Shown here piece after piece: positions 1 to 37,015 of a stretch of DNA of 64,000 nucleotides (the stretch's first letter is position 1; every line of letters starts with the position of its first letter). The translations under genes were made by a program, and so were the position numbers. This DNA comes from Chrysomallon squamiferum (taxonomy: Eukaryota; Animalia; Mollusca): assembly GCA_012295275.1 (NCBI GenBank), contig CM022673.1, positions 1,736,001-1,800,000 of the forward strand, read 5' to 3'. Under the pieces are notes generated by a model. It was not told the DNA's origin and ran no database searches. It saw nothing but the letters and a program-made list of their open reading frames with translations.

Positions 1-187
1 TTATTATTATTATTATTATTATTAAGTCACAAACGACTATGGAGACTCAACCTTTATAGTTATTTGCCCTAGCCAAATTTCCTCAATGTGACGAATATTT
101 CTTTTTCTCTCTTTTGATAAATGTTTATGTATGTGTATAATATTACAAGTGATCTTATACAAAAAACGTTTTAAAAATTTGTTGCAG

Positions 188-3100
188 ATCAAAAAAGCAA
201 ATCAACTACTCCAAATTTGGAGATAGTAATTGTGATGATGGTAAGTTTATTTACAGTTACTTCTTATTATGTTTGAATTTGTTATCTAATAGTTTTATAA
301 GTTACATTGTCTTAAATTAGAAAAGTATAAAGTTTTATATATATATTATTTCCTGATTAGTTTGTCCAGTTAAATATTAGTGAAACTTTTTAATTTTTAA
401 TTATTATTTTTTTTGGTCACACACACATATTTTAAAAAGAAAACAAAATGGAAGAGACTGTTAACAATTTTTGTAATTTTGTGGAAAGGTTAATGTTTGT
501 TTTTCTGTGACAATTGTTAGCATATTATGGTATTATTAATTATTTTCTTTTAATCATTTTAGATGATTTCGCAGATTCCTTGCCTGCTTCAAAAAAGAAG
601 AAAGTTTCCAACAAGGAAAACAGCAAGGTTAAAAAATCTGACAGACAGCCAGTGGTTGAGAAAACTGTAAAAACAGAGAAGAAAAAACAAAGGTAGCAAA
701 TTATCAGTAAATTAAAATATTCAAAAGATTTACATTAGGGTCCATAATTATGTCAAACTCTTCAATACTGAGATAAGAAAGCTAAAGCGATTCTGATAAA
801 AACAGAGAATTTCAGAACAAGTTTTAAGGATTCATTTTAAGTATGTTGTTTCCATGTTTAGTGCATTTTCACTTTTGTGTTTTTTAAATTTCTATTTCTT
901 AATAATTTGGTTTATTATCCATTTTATTTACTTTTTTGAATGTTGCTTGATACCATAAAAAATATTTTATAGCTTCTACAGTTGTGAATAGGTTGGAAGG
1001 CTAATTTCAGTGCAATCTATCATTCTGCTTTCAGACATTAAAAGAAATCTTCATATTGTTGTTGTTTTTATTATTATTATTATTATTATTATCCCACATC
1101 AGACATTTCAGTAATTTAATTACATATGTTTTTAGTTATACTCAGTTGTCGAACATAATAATATCTGTTTTATTTCATATTCATATTTTTGTTGCTTTTG
1201 TGGTTGTTATTGTTATCATTATTTTAAGTGCACACTGAGTGATTATATCTGCATTATTTCTATATATACTACAATTGTTTGTTTCATTTGAGTTAATCTG
1301 TATTTATCATTTTCAGGCCAAATCCTAAAGATAAATTATTTGATCAAGAACTTCAGCTAGCTCTGGAAGTTTCCCTTTCAAAACCACAGCCACCTGGTGA
1401 AGATGGACTGACCAAAGAAACCAAACAAGAACAAGATGATACCAAAACAGAAGGTGTTTGTTAATACATGTTATTTAATTTTATTTTAAAATACTTAATT
1501 ATTTTCACAGGATGAAAAATAAAATGAAGGAAAAAAATAAATAAAAGAAGAATATTTGACAGGCATTAATTATACAATTTTAATTATTTTACTAGTTAAA
1601 TAAGTGACAAAATTGTTAATTACTGGTACTCTTTGTATAAGTATATGGTATCAGGCTATTTATATGACTTTCCGAAAATCCAGGAATGCAGTTATTTTTG
1701 AGACCGGCTTTTGAATTAGGTATGCTTTTTTATAGTGTCAGTGAAATCATTTCCAGTGAGAGAGTCGCAGAGAACAGGTGATCGTTTCACAACAAACTAC
1801 TAACTGTTTCTGTACACTGTTATTTTCGTTTATTATGATGTCTAAAAGACTAGCAGAAATGCAGCTTGCTAGCGAAAAGCATTCTCCATAAACACATTTA
1901 AAAAAAAATTAATATTTGAATTAATAAAGATCAAACACATACTGTATTAGAAGTGTATTAATTTGTATATGCTTAGTACAGTTTCGCTTTATTTATTTTA
2001 TATTTTAAATAAAGATTTAGCTTATATCCCTGAAGTTCAGTCCATGTCCAGTCCCAGACTTGCTATATAAATGGTTCAGTACCTATACTTTCAAGCAAAC
2101 AATTTGAATTTTTTTGTTCTTCACAAAATTTCCACTTGTCTGACATGTTAACACAAATGACATATTTAATTTTAAACAACAATTATAAAAGAAAACAAAT
2201 AATTGTGTAATAAAATCTTGTGTTAATCACATCTTTCTCATTATCTCTTCCTCTTGAATTCGTGTGCACATAAAGATTATGCTAATTTTCTGAGCTTTAT
2301 TTGTAATCAGACCATCATAAAACAAAACTGTGGTAACCTGAGACAGTAACAGCTTATATGGTATAGATTTTTAATTTTTTTTTATTGTTCTGGAGTGAAT
2401 GTTGATAAAATATCCATGTCATGTTAGTAATTTTGATTCTTAAATACTTCAGAGCCAGGGAGTTCACCAAAAAATGATGTCAGTGACGAAATAATTTTAA
2501 TGGAGGAAAACATGAAAGAGGAGCTACCCTCAAAACGGAGAAAAGGAGCCTCTGGCAAGAAGTCAGATAATATCACAGGTGTTGCTGGTATTTAATTTAT
2601 TTATATTCGAAAATACTTATATCCTGATTTATAAAATTGCTTTCTCTGTTTCAACATTAAATAACTGTTTGTGAAAAAAAAGATATTACAATGTCATTAA
2701 CCAGGTGTTCATTTTATTCATTACAGACACATACACAAATATATCAAGTATTGATAACAGTCATTTTTTTTTTTTTTTAGTGAACTCGGAAAGAATAGAA
2801 AAATGACCTACATTACACTGTTAGTTTCTTTTTTTCATTGACATGTGCGAAGATATTTCTCCAATTTAAAAATAAAAATAAAATTAAAAAAAAGAAAGTT
2901 AAAGTTAAAATTGAATGAGTGAGTTCATTAAGAAATTTCTTTTATCTTTAAAAAATATTGTCATTAAAATCTCTATAAATTATCAAATTTGCTGATTTTA
3001 TGTTTCTCCTTCAAGATGATGAGGAATATACTGCAGAAGCAACAGCTGATGATGAAGATGATGATGATGACAGTGATGAAGCGGAAGAATTTGATGTATC

Positions 3101-4454
3101 TGATGATGATAATGACAGTGATTTTGGCTGTGGCAGTAAGAAAACAAAGACAAAGAAGAATAAAGTTAGAACTGTTACAAAAAAAACACAACCTGAACTG
3201 AAAAGCAGCAAGTCAAAATCTGGTTTGTTTTATAATTTATCATTGTTGATATTATTTTACTTTACAGTAAGTAGAAAGTTTATTTTGTACCTGCAGTTAA
3301 TTGATTAAAAATGAAAATAAAGCTGTCGTTGCTTCAGTAAATTCCTCATAAAATCAGTAAACATATTGAAATCACTGAGCAGTTTATCCAAAAGCAAATA
3401 TTAAAATGTATCCCAAATATTCATTTCCATTTGGTTATGATAAGAAGTATTGAAATAATTTGTTTATAACATTGTTTATGTCAACATTCATTTCCAAATA
3501 CTGAAAATGATTTTAAATCTAAAACCATATAGTTTTTGAATGTTTCATTTTTATTTTTTATTTTTTTTTATTTTTGAAAATCAGCAGCTAGGACATCAAG
3601 GACAAAAAAAGATGTTTCAGTCTCTAAGGATTTCAAATCCACATCAACAAACTTGACATCTCAGTGACAAAAACAGCAAAATGTAACAGCAGCACTGCCC
3701 CAGGATTACCTGTCTGTAAACAGGTGTGGACTCCTCCAGGTGTGTGGTTTTTAGTTTAAGTAGTTTATTTCAGTTTGAGTCACTCTATAGTAGTTATCAA
3801 CCTTAAATATTTATATTGTGTGCTAAATGAATAAACTGTCAAAGGGAATGAATAAATGAAAAGCAATATCTTGAAAAGAGTGTTCAGTTAGCTGCCCCCA
3901 TTTCTTTCAGTTTTACTTTTATGTTCAGTTTTGGATTAAAAGTGTAGTAATTTGTGTATGCTTAGCACAGTTCAGATTTGTATCCAAAAGTATACAACAG
4001 CCATTTTTATTTAGGAAACAGGAACATGTTAATTCCTGTGGATTTGTTATACATTTTAGACTTGTGTATTTTCATTCTGTTTAATGAAACTAAGAGAGTT
4101 GATATTTTATTTTCTAATTCAGTATATGCTACAAAACGGAAATAAATAAATAACATGTATGTGTCATAATAAAACTGCTACATTAGTCATAATAAAGAAT
4201 TTATTGTTATTTGTTTTATTTTATTTTATTTTATTTTATTTTATTTTTTTTTTTTTTTTTTTTATATTTTAGTTTTATGTTGTTGGTTTTTTTTAATTTC
4301 AATTTTTTTTTTTTTTTTTGCAGGCAATTCTGTATCGAGTAAAACCCTTTCAGCAAGTGATTCTGTGAAGTCACCAAATTCAGGAATCCGTATTGGTCTG
4401 TCTCGAAACCAGCGAGTCAAACCTCTTCATCCTTTAGTTAAACTCCAACCATAG
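188..4454 (+). CDS. RAD51AP1: RAD51-associated protein 1 homolog (5'-partial; 7 exons in window)
   Basis: GT-AG exons 188-240, 563-692, 1317-1453, 2453-2578, 3016-3222, 3585-3739, 4324-4454. Translation: SKKQINYSKFGDSNCDDDDF...PKDKLFDQELQLALEVS...acidic tract...KQVWTPP...SPNSGIRIGLSRNQRVKPLHP. These match RAD51AP1 motifs (VNYSQF, DKLYQRDLEVAL, and the C-terminal RAD51-binding LRLGLSR..RVKPLHP). Exon 3585-3739 is 1 nt short of frame (indel, or an alternative acceptor at 3629/3665). Confidence 0.9.
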
Positions 4455-4628
4455 TAAATATCTTACTAGTTTTTAATTTCAGAAGGACAATGGGATTTGT
4501 TTTTTAATAAATCAGAACTGGATACATGAAATCTGACAAGTATTTAACAAACAACTATGCCAAAGTATGAAGATTGTAACAGAGTACATTAAAAAAAATG
4601 TTTTATTGTAAATCTTAGAAAAGCAAGG

Positions 4629-4666
<38 letters not shown>

Positions 4667-7600
4667 ATTATTATGTTTAATTTTCTGTACTGCCACAGAT
4701 GCAGTGAATGAATTGTAAAATTCTCTGTAGCATTACAAATATAAATTATAAACATAATTGCAAATTTATTAATAAAACATGAAAAAAAAAAGAACATTAC
4801 TCAAACTGAGTTTTGACTGGTCATATCTCCTCAGTGAATTTGTTAGAGAAATAGAAAATGTCAGCTTGCAGTTAGCATCTTGTAAAGGAAAGGGTTTGTT
4901 ACATGTTATGGTAAAACATAAGACTATTGATTATGAAAAGTGCTGGCTGGGATGGATGAAAAAAAAAGAGAACTTTTATCAGGTTATGTCATTAATTCTG
5001 TTAAAGATTAATCATTATTATAAATTTATATAAAAAAAAAATAGTTGTTTTTTTGTTAATATATTACTCATTATTGAACTAGTTTAAATTTTAAATGTAA
5101 AATGTTTTATCTGAATTTTCACTACTATGAAGAACAGTAACTACTCATCTGAGAACTCAAATGGATAGAACATTATTATTTATTGGAAATTTAAAATACA
5201 GTGAACATATGTCAAATAACTGCAGTGGGGGATTGTCAAGTACTAGTGTTACTGACATCCTGGTAGAATTTTTTCTATTGGGATCTTCTATTTAAAAAAT
5301 AAATGTACAGATTTATGAAAGGGAAAAAAAAAAAGAAAAAAAAAAACCGTAAATAAATCATATTAAATCGTATAACAATAATGTCCAATGAAATAAAATA
5401 TTTTATAAATGCAGTAAGTACATTTTAATTACATAATCTTATAGCATCTGGTATGATTAATATTTTATTTATTTTAAATTTATTTAATTTTTTTTCTTCT
5501 TCTTCTGCTAAACAAAACATTTTTTATTTCAAAGGACATCTATAAGTGGCCTAAAATATTTAATGGAGCCAATGTTAATTTTTTCTTCAGTCGTGTGTGT
5601 GTGTGTATATATACATACTTGTGTATTGTTGCACTTAAATTAATTTTGTATTCAGTTTAACTGATTGTAATGGATGAGAAAAAAAAACATTACTGAAGGT
5701 AAATGTTAAAATAGATTGTTTTTAATGTAATTGCATATTAAAGAACACATTAGTTTGGAAGAATCATAAAATGTTTAAATGAATGTAATGTGTTCTCTTA
5801 TTATTAATCTCTCTCTCTCTCTCTCTCAAGAGAGAGAGAATATAATATATCTATACCACTTTCATATAAATGAACACATTTGCAATAAAATTTCAACATA
5901 ACAGGTTCTTCATAAAAGTCTGGGATATTGTTTAGAAATTTAATATAGAGAAAACATTTCACAATGTGCTTTCCTGAACAAAAACTATTGTAAGAGACAA
6001 CTTACTTCTCACTCCTGTACATAAGCACGTAAGCTTTCATAAGCACAGGGACAAAATGAAATTGTATAGTCCCTTTTTATTTAGGTGAAAAGTTTAAAAA
6101 GTTGAAAAGTATCTTCATCATTTAATCATTTAACTTACTGATTTTTAAATTGGTTTTCGTACGTTTCAAAATGATGCTAAATGTTTGGAACAGTTCATGC
6201 TGTTTCAATTTTTTGTTGCAACAAAACGGGTCAAAAACTCAGTGCGATACTTATAAATCAAATAATCCATTTCCTGTTTTGATTATTATACACATCAAAA
6301 CTTAAATGTTTTGAAAGTCCATAGAAAGACTGAACGAAGTGGAATAATTTGACATTTTACGCGTTTATGTTTTAAAATAATAAACTAAATTTTTGTAACA
6401 CCAAAGATACCGTTTTGTACTAGGTCTACTAATTTCCTAAAATGGCAGTGAGGGAAAATATCGATGTCAGTCAAATCACTGTATTCGTTTTCGCGCGTTA
6501 TGGGCGCCCGCACAGCATAACCTGCTTTTTAAATGAAAAGGAACAGACGAGGTGTTATGCACTTTAGTCTTGTCAGTGCAAATTTCCGGATCCTACAAGC
6601 GAAAATTATCTTCTTAAGGATATAATTTATCAATTTTTAACGTGATTAAAATTATCTTTTTACAAATAAAACATGATTCTGCTAAAAGTATCTTTGTTTA
6701 AAGTTTCTGAATTATTAAAATTCCACCCAAAATTGCTTAAATAAGCGTCTTGTTATCCAACGTATGCAGAAAGAAAAATAGAATGGCAACTCTGCCGATA
6801 TATATATATATATATATAAAAATATATATAAAAAATAAAAAAAAATGTACGTAAAAGCTTACATCTATAAAACTGCGTTAATTTGATATTCTTTTATACT
6901 GATGTTTGGTCTTGCCACTGAATCTAGTATTCTAATCCATGGTAGTTACAGAACATTTGTTTTAAAATCACCGACACACCTTTATGGAGGACGAAAGAAT
7001 GCAGCCGTGTATTCAACTTAACGTGTAACTCGGTCTTGGCGCCGAGTTAATTATCATATATAATGAAGTTGTCTGTAAAGGCTGTTTGTATAATCTTTCG
7101 TGTTTCTACCGTTGATTATATATACACATGCACACACATGATTTATACATGTATGTTCAGAATTTAAACAGTTTGCCAGGAGATACGCATACCCCAGAGG
7201 TTCCAACTCCTTGATTGTATGCCCCACCCCCACAGGATCTGATAGTGAGAAATGTGAGGAAAAAAAACAAGATCTTAAATACGTAAAGATTAGAAGGAAT
7301 AAATCTCCCACTGAAATTAAATATTAATCAGACACATTAATTAAGCAAGCAGTACTCTGTATTAAAACACGGATCCGCATTCAAACCAGCTTGCAGATCT
7401 GTGCGGAAGCTTGAACAACCGAAAGTAACAGACAATGTAATTCCACTCTTTCACACCTTTCAAACTGATGCCCTGGAATGTTTTCACTCTCGGCTCGATT
7501 AAAAAAAAAAAAAAAAAAAAAAAAACTTTTGAAGATTATATTAAAACATAATTAAATTGATTAATAATGTTAAATATATGATATTTCTCGGAATAATTTA

Positions 7601-7900
7601 TTTATTTCGCAAAAAGGTTATAACTCTATCATTTGATCGACAATAAACCAAAAAAATGAAAAAAACAACAAAAAAACCCAGGTGTAATCTAAATATTTTT
7701 GCGTTATTTTCGAATGTAAATGAAAACCAATCTGAAACTCAATAAATGCTGATTAGATTAATACAAATATTTTCTAGATTTCTTTTCATGCTATTTCCTT
7801 TTAAGAGATTAGACATTGGATTAAAAAACGAAAAATAAACAAACAAATAAATAAATAAATAAATAAATAATTCAAATAATAATAAAATAATAAATAAATG

Positions 7901-7938
<38 letters not shown>

Positions 7939-8291
7939 AATAAATAAATAAATAAATGATAATAATAAACAAAGAAGATATTCAGTTATCTAAATAATAA
8001 TAATAAATAATAATAAATAAATAAATAATTAATCAATAATAATAATAATAATAAATTAAACAAAATGGAAACAAACATTGACATAATATTAATTATTTAT
8101 TTCAAACTGAACACGTTGAAAGTTTTTATTATAGGTCATTTCTGATTAATTTCCTTGTCAAAAAGAAGCTAACGATTCTAAATGTATTAGACACTAAATA
8201 TCATCAGCTATAATTGCGAAAAGTACGAACAAGGCTTTCGTTATCGATTTGCCCCAGGCAAATGCCTTCATAGCCTACGAAGAGAGTAATT

Positions 8292-8331
8292 GTTCTAGAA
8301 ATTGCTAGAACGAAAGAGAACTCTGTGGAAA
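8292..8331 (+). promoter_or_regulatory. Heat-shock element array upstream of the sHSP gene
   Basis: gTTCtaGAAatTGCtaGAAcgaaagaGAActctgtgGAA: inverted nGAAn units with GAA every 10 bp, about 360-400 bp upstream of the sHSP ATG and followed by a CpG-rich patch (8350-8430). Confidence 0.7.
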
Positions 8332-8690
8332 AATAATCAAGGCTACAATTTCTCCCGCGCAGCCTCATTTTCGCTTGCGTGTCCCGGTTTTCTCGCGTCG
8401 TTTGATTGTTAGAGAGGGAATACCGGCGTGTATTTTGTTGTGCTGTTAGTGCAGATTGAAAAATTGTAGAAAAAGGTTTGGCACCTGATTTTCGTGATAT
8501 ACATATTATCAAGTAAGAATAGTGAGACTGTTATTTTGAATTCCGTAACGTTCAGGACATAGGACTTAACAGTAAACAGCCGAGAATAGCCCTAACAAGC
8601 AAGGTTTGCCGGCTTTCTGGTCATTGGCTTTCTGAACTCAGCTTCCCAGAAACACAAAGAGAATCTTAGACCCACTATCGATATTTCACA

Positions 8691-9190
8691 ATGGAGCACA
8701 TCATGGCAATACACTTTGACAATAAACTGAATTTTTTCGACAATTTGTTCGAAGAAATGCACAGAGAGACTGCTCGTATGCAAAACGACATGCGAAACGC
8801 AATGCTTCGGTTAACTCCGCCTGCTTTGACCTCGGCTGGCGGGAAAGCATATAATCAGCATCTAAAAAGCATTCAGGACAGTGTACAGGAAGAAGACGGG
8901 AAGAAGGTCGTCAAGTACCAGATCGACATGAGTACATTCAAACCCGAAGAGATTACGGTAAAACGAAAGACAAGTCACTTTCAATTCATGCCAAGCACGA
9001 AGCGAAATCGGATAACTCGACGATGTCACACGAAGTTTACCGACAGTTCACGCTTCCTGAAAACGTTGACCCGGAGGCTTTGAAATCAACTCTGACTAAT
9101 GATGGGATTCTTGTTATAAAAGGCCCGGTTGGTGTGGACAAAGCTTTGGAAGGACCCCCAGCTAAAAAACCAGCCCTTGAAGGAAAGTGA
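8691..9190 (+). CDS. Small heat-shock protein (HSP20/alpha-crystallin family), intronless CDS with a 1-nt frameshift at ~8960-8963
   Basis: ORF 8691 reads ...KVVKYQIDMSTFKPEEITVK. Adding one A to the A4 run continues TKDKSLSIHAKHEAKSDNSTMSHEVYRQFTLPENVDPEALKSTLTNDGILVIKGP...PPAKKPALEGK* (TGA 9188-9190), a complete alpha-crystallin domain. Confidence 0.9.
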
Positions 9191-9694
9191 AACCAGGAAG
9201 AAAGGTTCATTATATTTTCATCGAAGACCACATGCACATTTTTTATTAGTCCACATGTATCGCGAACCATATCGTTAGTATATTTACCTACATAATGTCC
9301 TGACAAACTTGTTACTTCTTAATTATTGTTGTTATTTATATTATTATTATTATTATTATTATTTTTTTTTTTTTTGACGATGATGATTTATAAACTAAAT
9401 TTGACATATCATTTTATATTTTTCATTAATATCGTTTTTGTTTTGTTTTTAATGTTATATTCCTAGTTCAAAATCGAATAGATGAAGTAATTTTATTGCA
9501 TTTGTAATTTCGTTACCTACAACGTATTTTAGACAAGATTACCTTACGTTTGTTATAATTTTAGTTTCATGATAGAATAATTAACGTTCAGAGTTTAGTT
9601 TCTCAATATTACTTCTAGTCTTCAGCACAGTCTCTAATGAAGGTGATCATTGTATGTTTTAGCATGTAATGTGTTTGTGTATTATTTATGAAAG

Positions 9695-9724
9695 CATCTA
9701 GAATTTGATGGAACATTCCAGAAT
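9695..9724. promoter_or_regulatory. Heat-shock element downstream of the sHSP gene
   Basis: Perfect 3-unit GAAcaTTCcaGAA at 9711-9723, plus an in-phase GAA at 9701. Confidence 0.45.
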
Positions 9725-10624
9725 TACTTTCTTTGGAAAAAAAGATTGGTAAAATTTTCTTTTATATAAAGTAGCAAGTTGAACTAAACATATGTTCATT
9801 TAAAAAGAAAAACAGATTGAAAATAAAATTATCGTAATAAAAATTGAATTTGTGGTTTATTATTCTTTTCATTATTTAGTTACATTTTTAATATATATAT
9901 ATTTACAAATTTCTTTTTTCATTATTAAAAATTTTGTTTTACATAATCATCATTTTGTTGTTCCAATAGCTTGTAGCAGAAACTTCTTTTCAGGTTGATC
10001 GATAAATAATTAAAATCAATTTATATTTTGAAAGGTAACACTGAAGAAATAAATATTTTAATTTTATTTAAAAAAAAAAAAAAAAAATTATCCCTTAAAC
10101 GTGACCTATTTTGTAAAAATTGTGTAAAAAGGGGAAACCACTCTAAAGGCAGGTAAGTCCTTACATCCGATTTGCAGCACGTGAAAATATCTTTTGCATT
10201 ACTTAAAGGAAAATGACTTATTGTGGAACTTGAGGCGTGAACAGGAAATAAACCAAATTATGACACGACGCTTTAATGTAACAGTCCAGATCACGCACAC
10301 GCCCACATATTCTTCATTCATTTTAAGATTTTGATATGTTTTTTTTTTTTTTTTTAAAAGACAGCCTAGTGTAAATTAAAGGCGTCTTGTTTCTCACCAA
10401 TTTATCACTTAAAAATGGGAGTATTACGGATACGCATGCACACAATAAAACCTTCATGACACTTTATCACGTATAACGAACTGAGCAGCAGACGAAGTAA
10501 ACCATTTACTCTAACTACAATATAGCTTCTTGTACGGACGCAACTGACACTGAATTGTTTATTTTAAGGAAAGCTGTGGCTCTCAGGTTCACAGATGTTA
10601 TTAGATGTTTGTATAATAATTCAC

Positions 10625-10659
<35 letters not shown>

Positions 10660-12224
10660 GTTATGGTTATAATACTTAACACTTGATGGTGGTGTTTATA
10701 TATATATATATATATATATTTTTTTAATTCTAATTTTAATGTTAACAATTCCTAGTGCACTGGGTTTAGTATTTATTAAGTAATAATTTAAAAAAAAAAA
10801 AAAAAAAAAAAAATACACCAATTGCATAAGATTAGTTAGTCGGCGTCTGTGCATTTCGAATCCGACCTTTTCTTTCTTACTTTACAATGACCTTGCGATA
10901 TGTGTGATTCACGAATTCATTTCCTGTTTTAACTCAAACCTTTGATCCACCGCCCGCCGAACAGCTATCATACCGATAGACTGATTCCCGTCAGCAGTGA
11001 AATATTACCAGTCTAATGAGAGTTTAAGCGGGCTTTTACTTTTGTCACCGACAATCGCAACTCAGAATAGCCTGTTTTTTGCACTGGGTGTTTTACAGTT
11101 TATGACCTATTTTTATATTTAAAATGCGAACGCGAGCACGATCTGTCTAAATAGGGCAGAACAAACGGAGAGCGAGAGACAGGACTGAACAGAAGAAAAG
11201 AGAGAGATTTACTATATGCAATAAAAGTTTAAATAATGTCATAGTGACCCGTTAGCATCTTTATTTTTAAAAATGCTTCAGCAAAATAATGTAAAGGTCA
11301 ATGTAATTTTAAAATTATTAAATGTAATAATAAAATGGCTAAAAAAAAAATAAAAATAAAAAAAAGGAAATACTTTCATTAATAACTTTTATTATATTTT
11401 TGATTAATTTAATACTTGTATGTCAAACGTAATGTATTTATTACATTAGGTATGTTCTGACATTTGATTGTATTAATTTATTTTTATTTTATTATTAATT
11501 TTTTAAATTTATTTTTGCCAATAATAGGGGTGTCGTCAGTTAAGAAGAAGAATTATTGTTAAATACTGTTTATTTTTCATTTTCAAATAGGGTTATGTTA
11601 GTTTTTGGTATGTATATTCTCAACAGTAATAAGCTTACAATATGTGTAGATACATCTGTGGGTAAAGAGAGGGTAGGAAACACACACCAGCGTCGCGAGG
11701 GGCCAAGTACGCGAGAACCAATAATTACTTAATGATAACCTTCGTAGAAACAGCTAAGTAGATATACTTAAAGGTACGCAACTCTGCTTACTCGAAGAGC
11801 ATTTAATATCACACTATTCTCCCTTGAAAAGGATTTAAATAAGTTCAGTGTAACAGAGGTATATATATATAACAAAATAAATACAATTATATAAACAAAT
11901 AAATAATAAATAAAAATATAAAGAGAAAGAGAGAAGACAATAACCATCGAACAGCTTATTTCTCCAAAAAAAACCCAACCCCAAACCACTGACTATGAAC
12001 ATTCTTGTATTCGTTAAGCATTAAAAAAAAATCTGCCTACACCCTTCACCTTTACATTTCAAGGCATTTGAGAAGAAAGATTAATCAAAGAAATATTCTT
12101 GAATTAATGAGAAAATTAAACATCATGTATTCGGATGCCACAACCATTGTATCAAGTCAGATGATTTAAGATTTCAGAAAACTAATGTTTACTGTTAGCA
12201 TTGCAGTGAACAAACTGTCTTCAC

Positions 12225-12605
12225 GGTTACATGGCATCTGACATAATACAGACGTGAAGCATCCAGACAACGAGAGAGGAAACGTCTGCCACTACGTCAT
12301 ATGGGTTGCCAATCAACTCCTTCCCGATCCTTTCAGAAAAAGACTAACCGTTTTTATGAATGTAACTTTCAACGGAAAATATATTTCTACCAGAAACGAC
12401 GAATAAGCAGCAGAAGTGAAAGCTTCTTGTGCCAGAACTATCGATTAGTAGCTAAGCGCTTTCCTTGTACGTGAAAGAACATTACACGTATTTGACACAT
12501 CAAAATGGAGCACTTGGCTGAAAGGAAAATAGACCAGTTATGTATGTATCGAGGAGGATTGATCTTATTTCCTGTGATATCTCAAGCCAGCGCTCTCTCC
12601 ATCGA
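12225..12605 (-). mobile_element. Degenerate SINE-like repeat copy
   Basis: Shares blocks (gagagaggaaac, aataagcagcag, ctggctg/ttggctg) with copies at ~33.9 kb, ~44.3 kb and ~49.2 kb. From memory it resembles an abundant tRNA-headed gastropod SINE; not verified by search. Confidence 0.5.
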
Positions 12606-13411
12606 TTCACAGTTTAGTATTTCTCTTTCTTTTAATAAATAATCCTTTAGACTGGGAAACAAAAAAACAAAACAAAACAAAAAAACAACCTAACAACGAA
12701 ACAACAACAACAAGAACAAAAAAAACAAAAAAAAAAACAACAACAAAAACCCCCCAAACAACGAAGACAAACAACAACAATAAAATAAACCAAAATATCA
12801 ATACTAAAACAGAAACAAACGAGCAAAACCTACGAATAAATAAATAATAGACAGAGCAATTGATTTAGAGATAGACAGACAAAGATAAAGACAGATACAT
12901 AAATAAATAACGTTTTCTGACGCAAAATGCTTTCAAGAATATATTCGTATTTTGTAATATAAAACACGAAAGCCTTTATTTATGAAAATAAAAATATATT
13001 AATTTTACAATATTAAGTTCTGAGATAATGCAGAGTTAACAACCACATGGACGACACATATTTTAAAACATGTCTACTAAATTAGTAATGCTGAAACATT
13101 TTGTGACAGTGACACATAATCATATTATTATAATGAATTTTTTGAATATTAATGTAATTAGGATGGCAACTATTGCTAGCTAAAACCAGATTTGCCTACT
13201 TCCATTGTACAATACGTTTGATGGGGCTGCCTATTATAAAATTATTATTATTAACAGTAATTTTATTTTATTTAATAATTGATAATTTATTGACATCTGT
13301 AGAGATATTATATAATGGAATTGTTGAATTTACAGTTTAAAGTGTGTGTTAAATCATTTATTTTTTATTTTATTATTTTTTTTAAGACGTTAGTGTAAAA
13401 CAACACTTAGT

Positions 13412-23922
<10,511 letters not shown>

Positions 23923-24480
23923 TCTGAAATTCTCAGATCAGCTGCCGTGAAGTTTAAAAAAAATATAAAACTTTAATAAAAAGATGCAAGTGTTAGAATT
24001 GCTCCAAACCAATATTCGTATCTTATATATATATTACTGTACAGAAGGTCACGTGGTTGCTACCTGCAGAGAGGAAGGTTCCGACGTCTCAAGCTATGTA
24101 GCGAATACAATTGATGACAAGCAATGTCTTTTGTCCTTTCGTTTCTCGGGTCACTTCAAAACCCGTACGACAGCTTTTCGCCATCTTATGGTCTTGTAAC
24201 AAATACAGAGGCAACCATTAACTCTGTAAGATCTACATAGTTCATATCGAAAAAAAATACCCCCTAAAAAACATTAACCAGTATGATGTCCATTAGTTTA
24301 TCATATTTTATGAGGTCTTCACATCTAAGGGCTACAGGATTAATGTCCATACCTAAGTACGTACGTACGTATGTATGTAAGAATCTTCAATAATTTAATT
24401 ACTGTTAGTATAGACCGATGAGTTCTTAAAATCTTTATTAACAGTTCATTTTTAAACAGGCTATTAAAACGATTAAAAAG

Positions 24481-24514
<34 letters not shown>

Positions 24515-24723
24515 CAAAAACAACAACAATAATATTAATAATAACAACAGCAACAAAAAGAATAATAATATTAATGATAATAAAACTAATAACAATAATA
24601 ATAATAATAACAATAAAGAAACGTACATTTTCTCATTTCTAAACTAGTAGATTAAAAACGCACTAATTTACCGATGACATTAGGATACACAGAAATTAAA
24701 ATGTTCTGCAAAGCAGTCTACAG

Positions 24724-37015
<12,292 letters not shown>

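Noticed and set aside
8204-8783. Minus-strand ORFs overlapping the sHSP promoter and CDS
   Set aside because: No homology cues; explained by the locally higher GC content.
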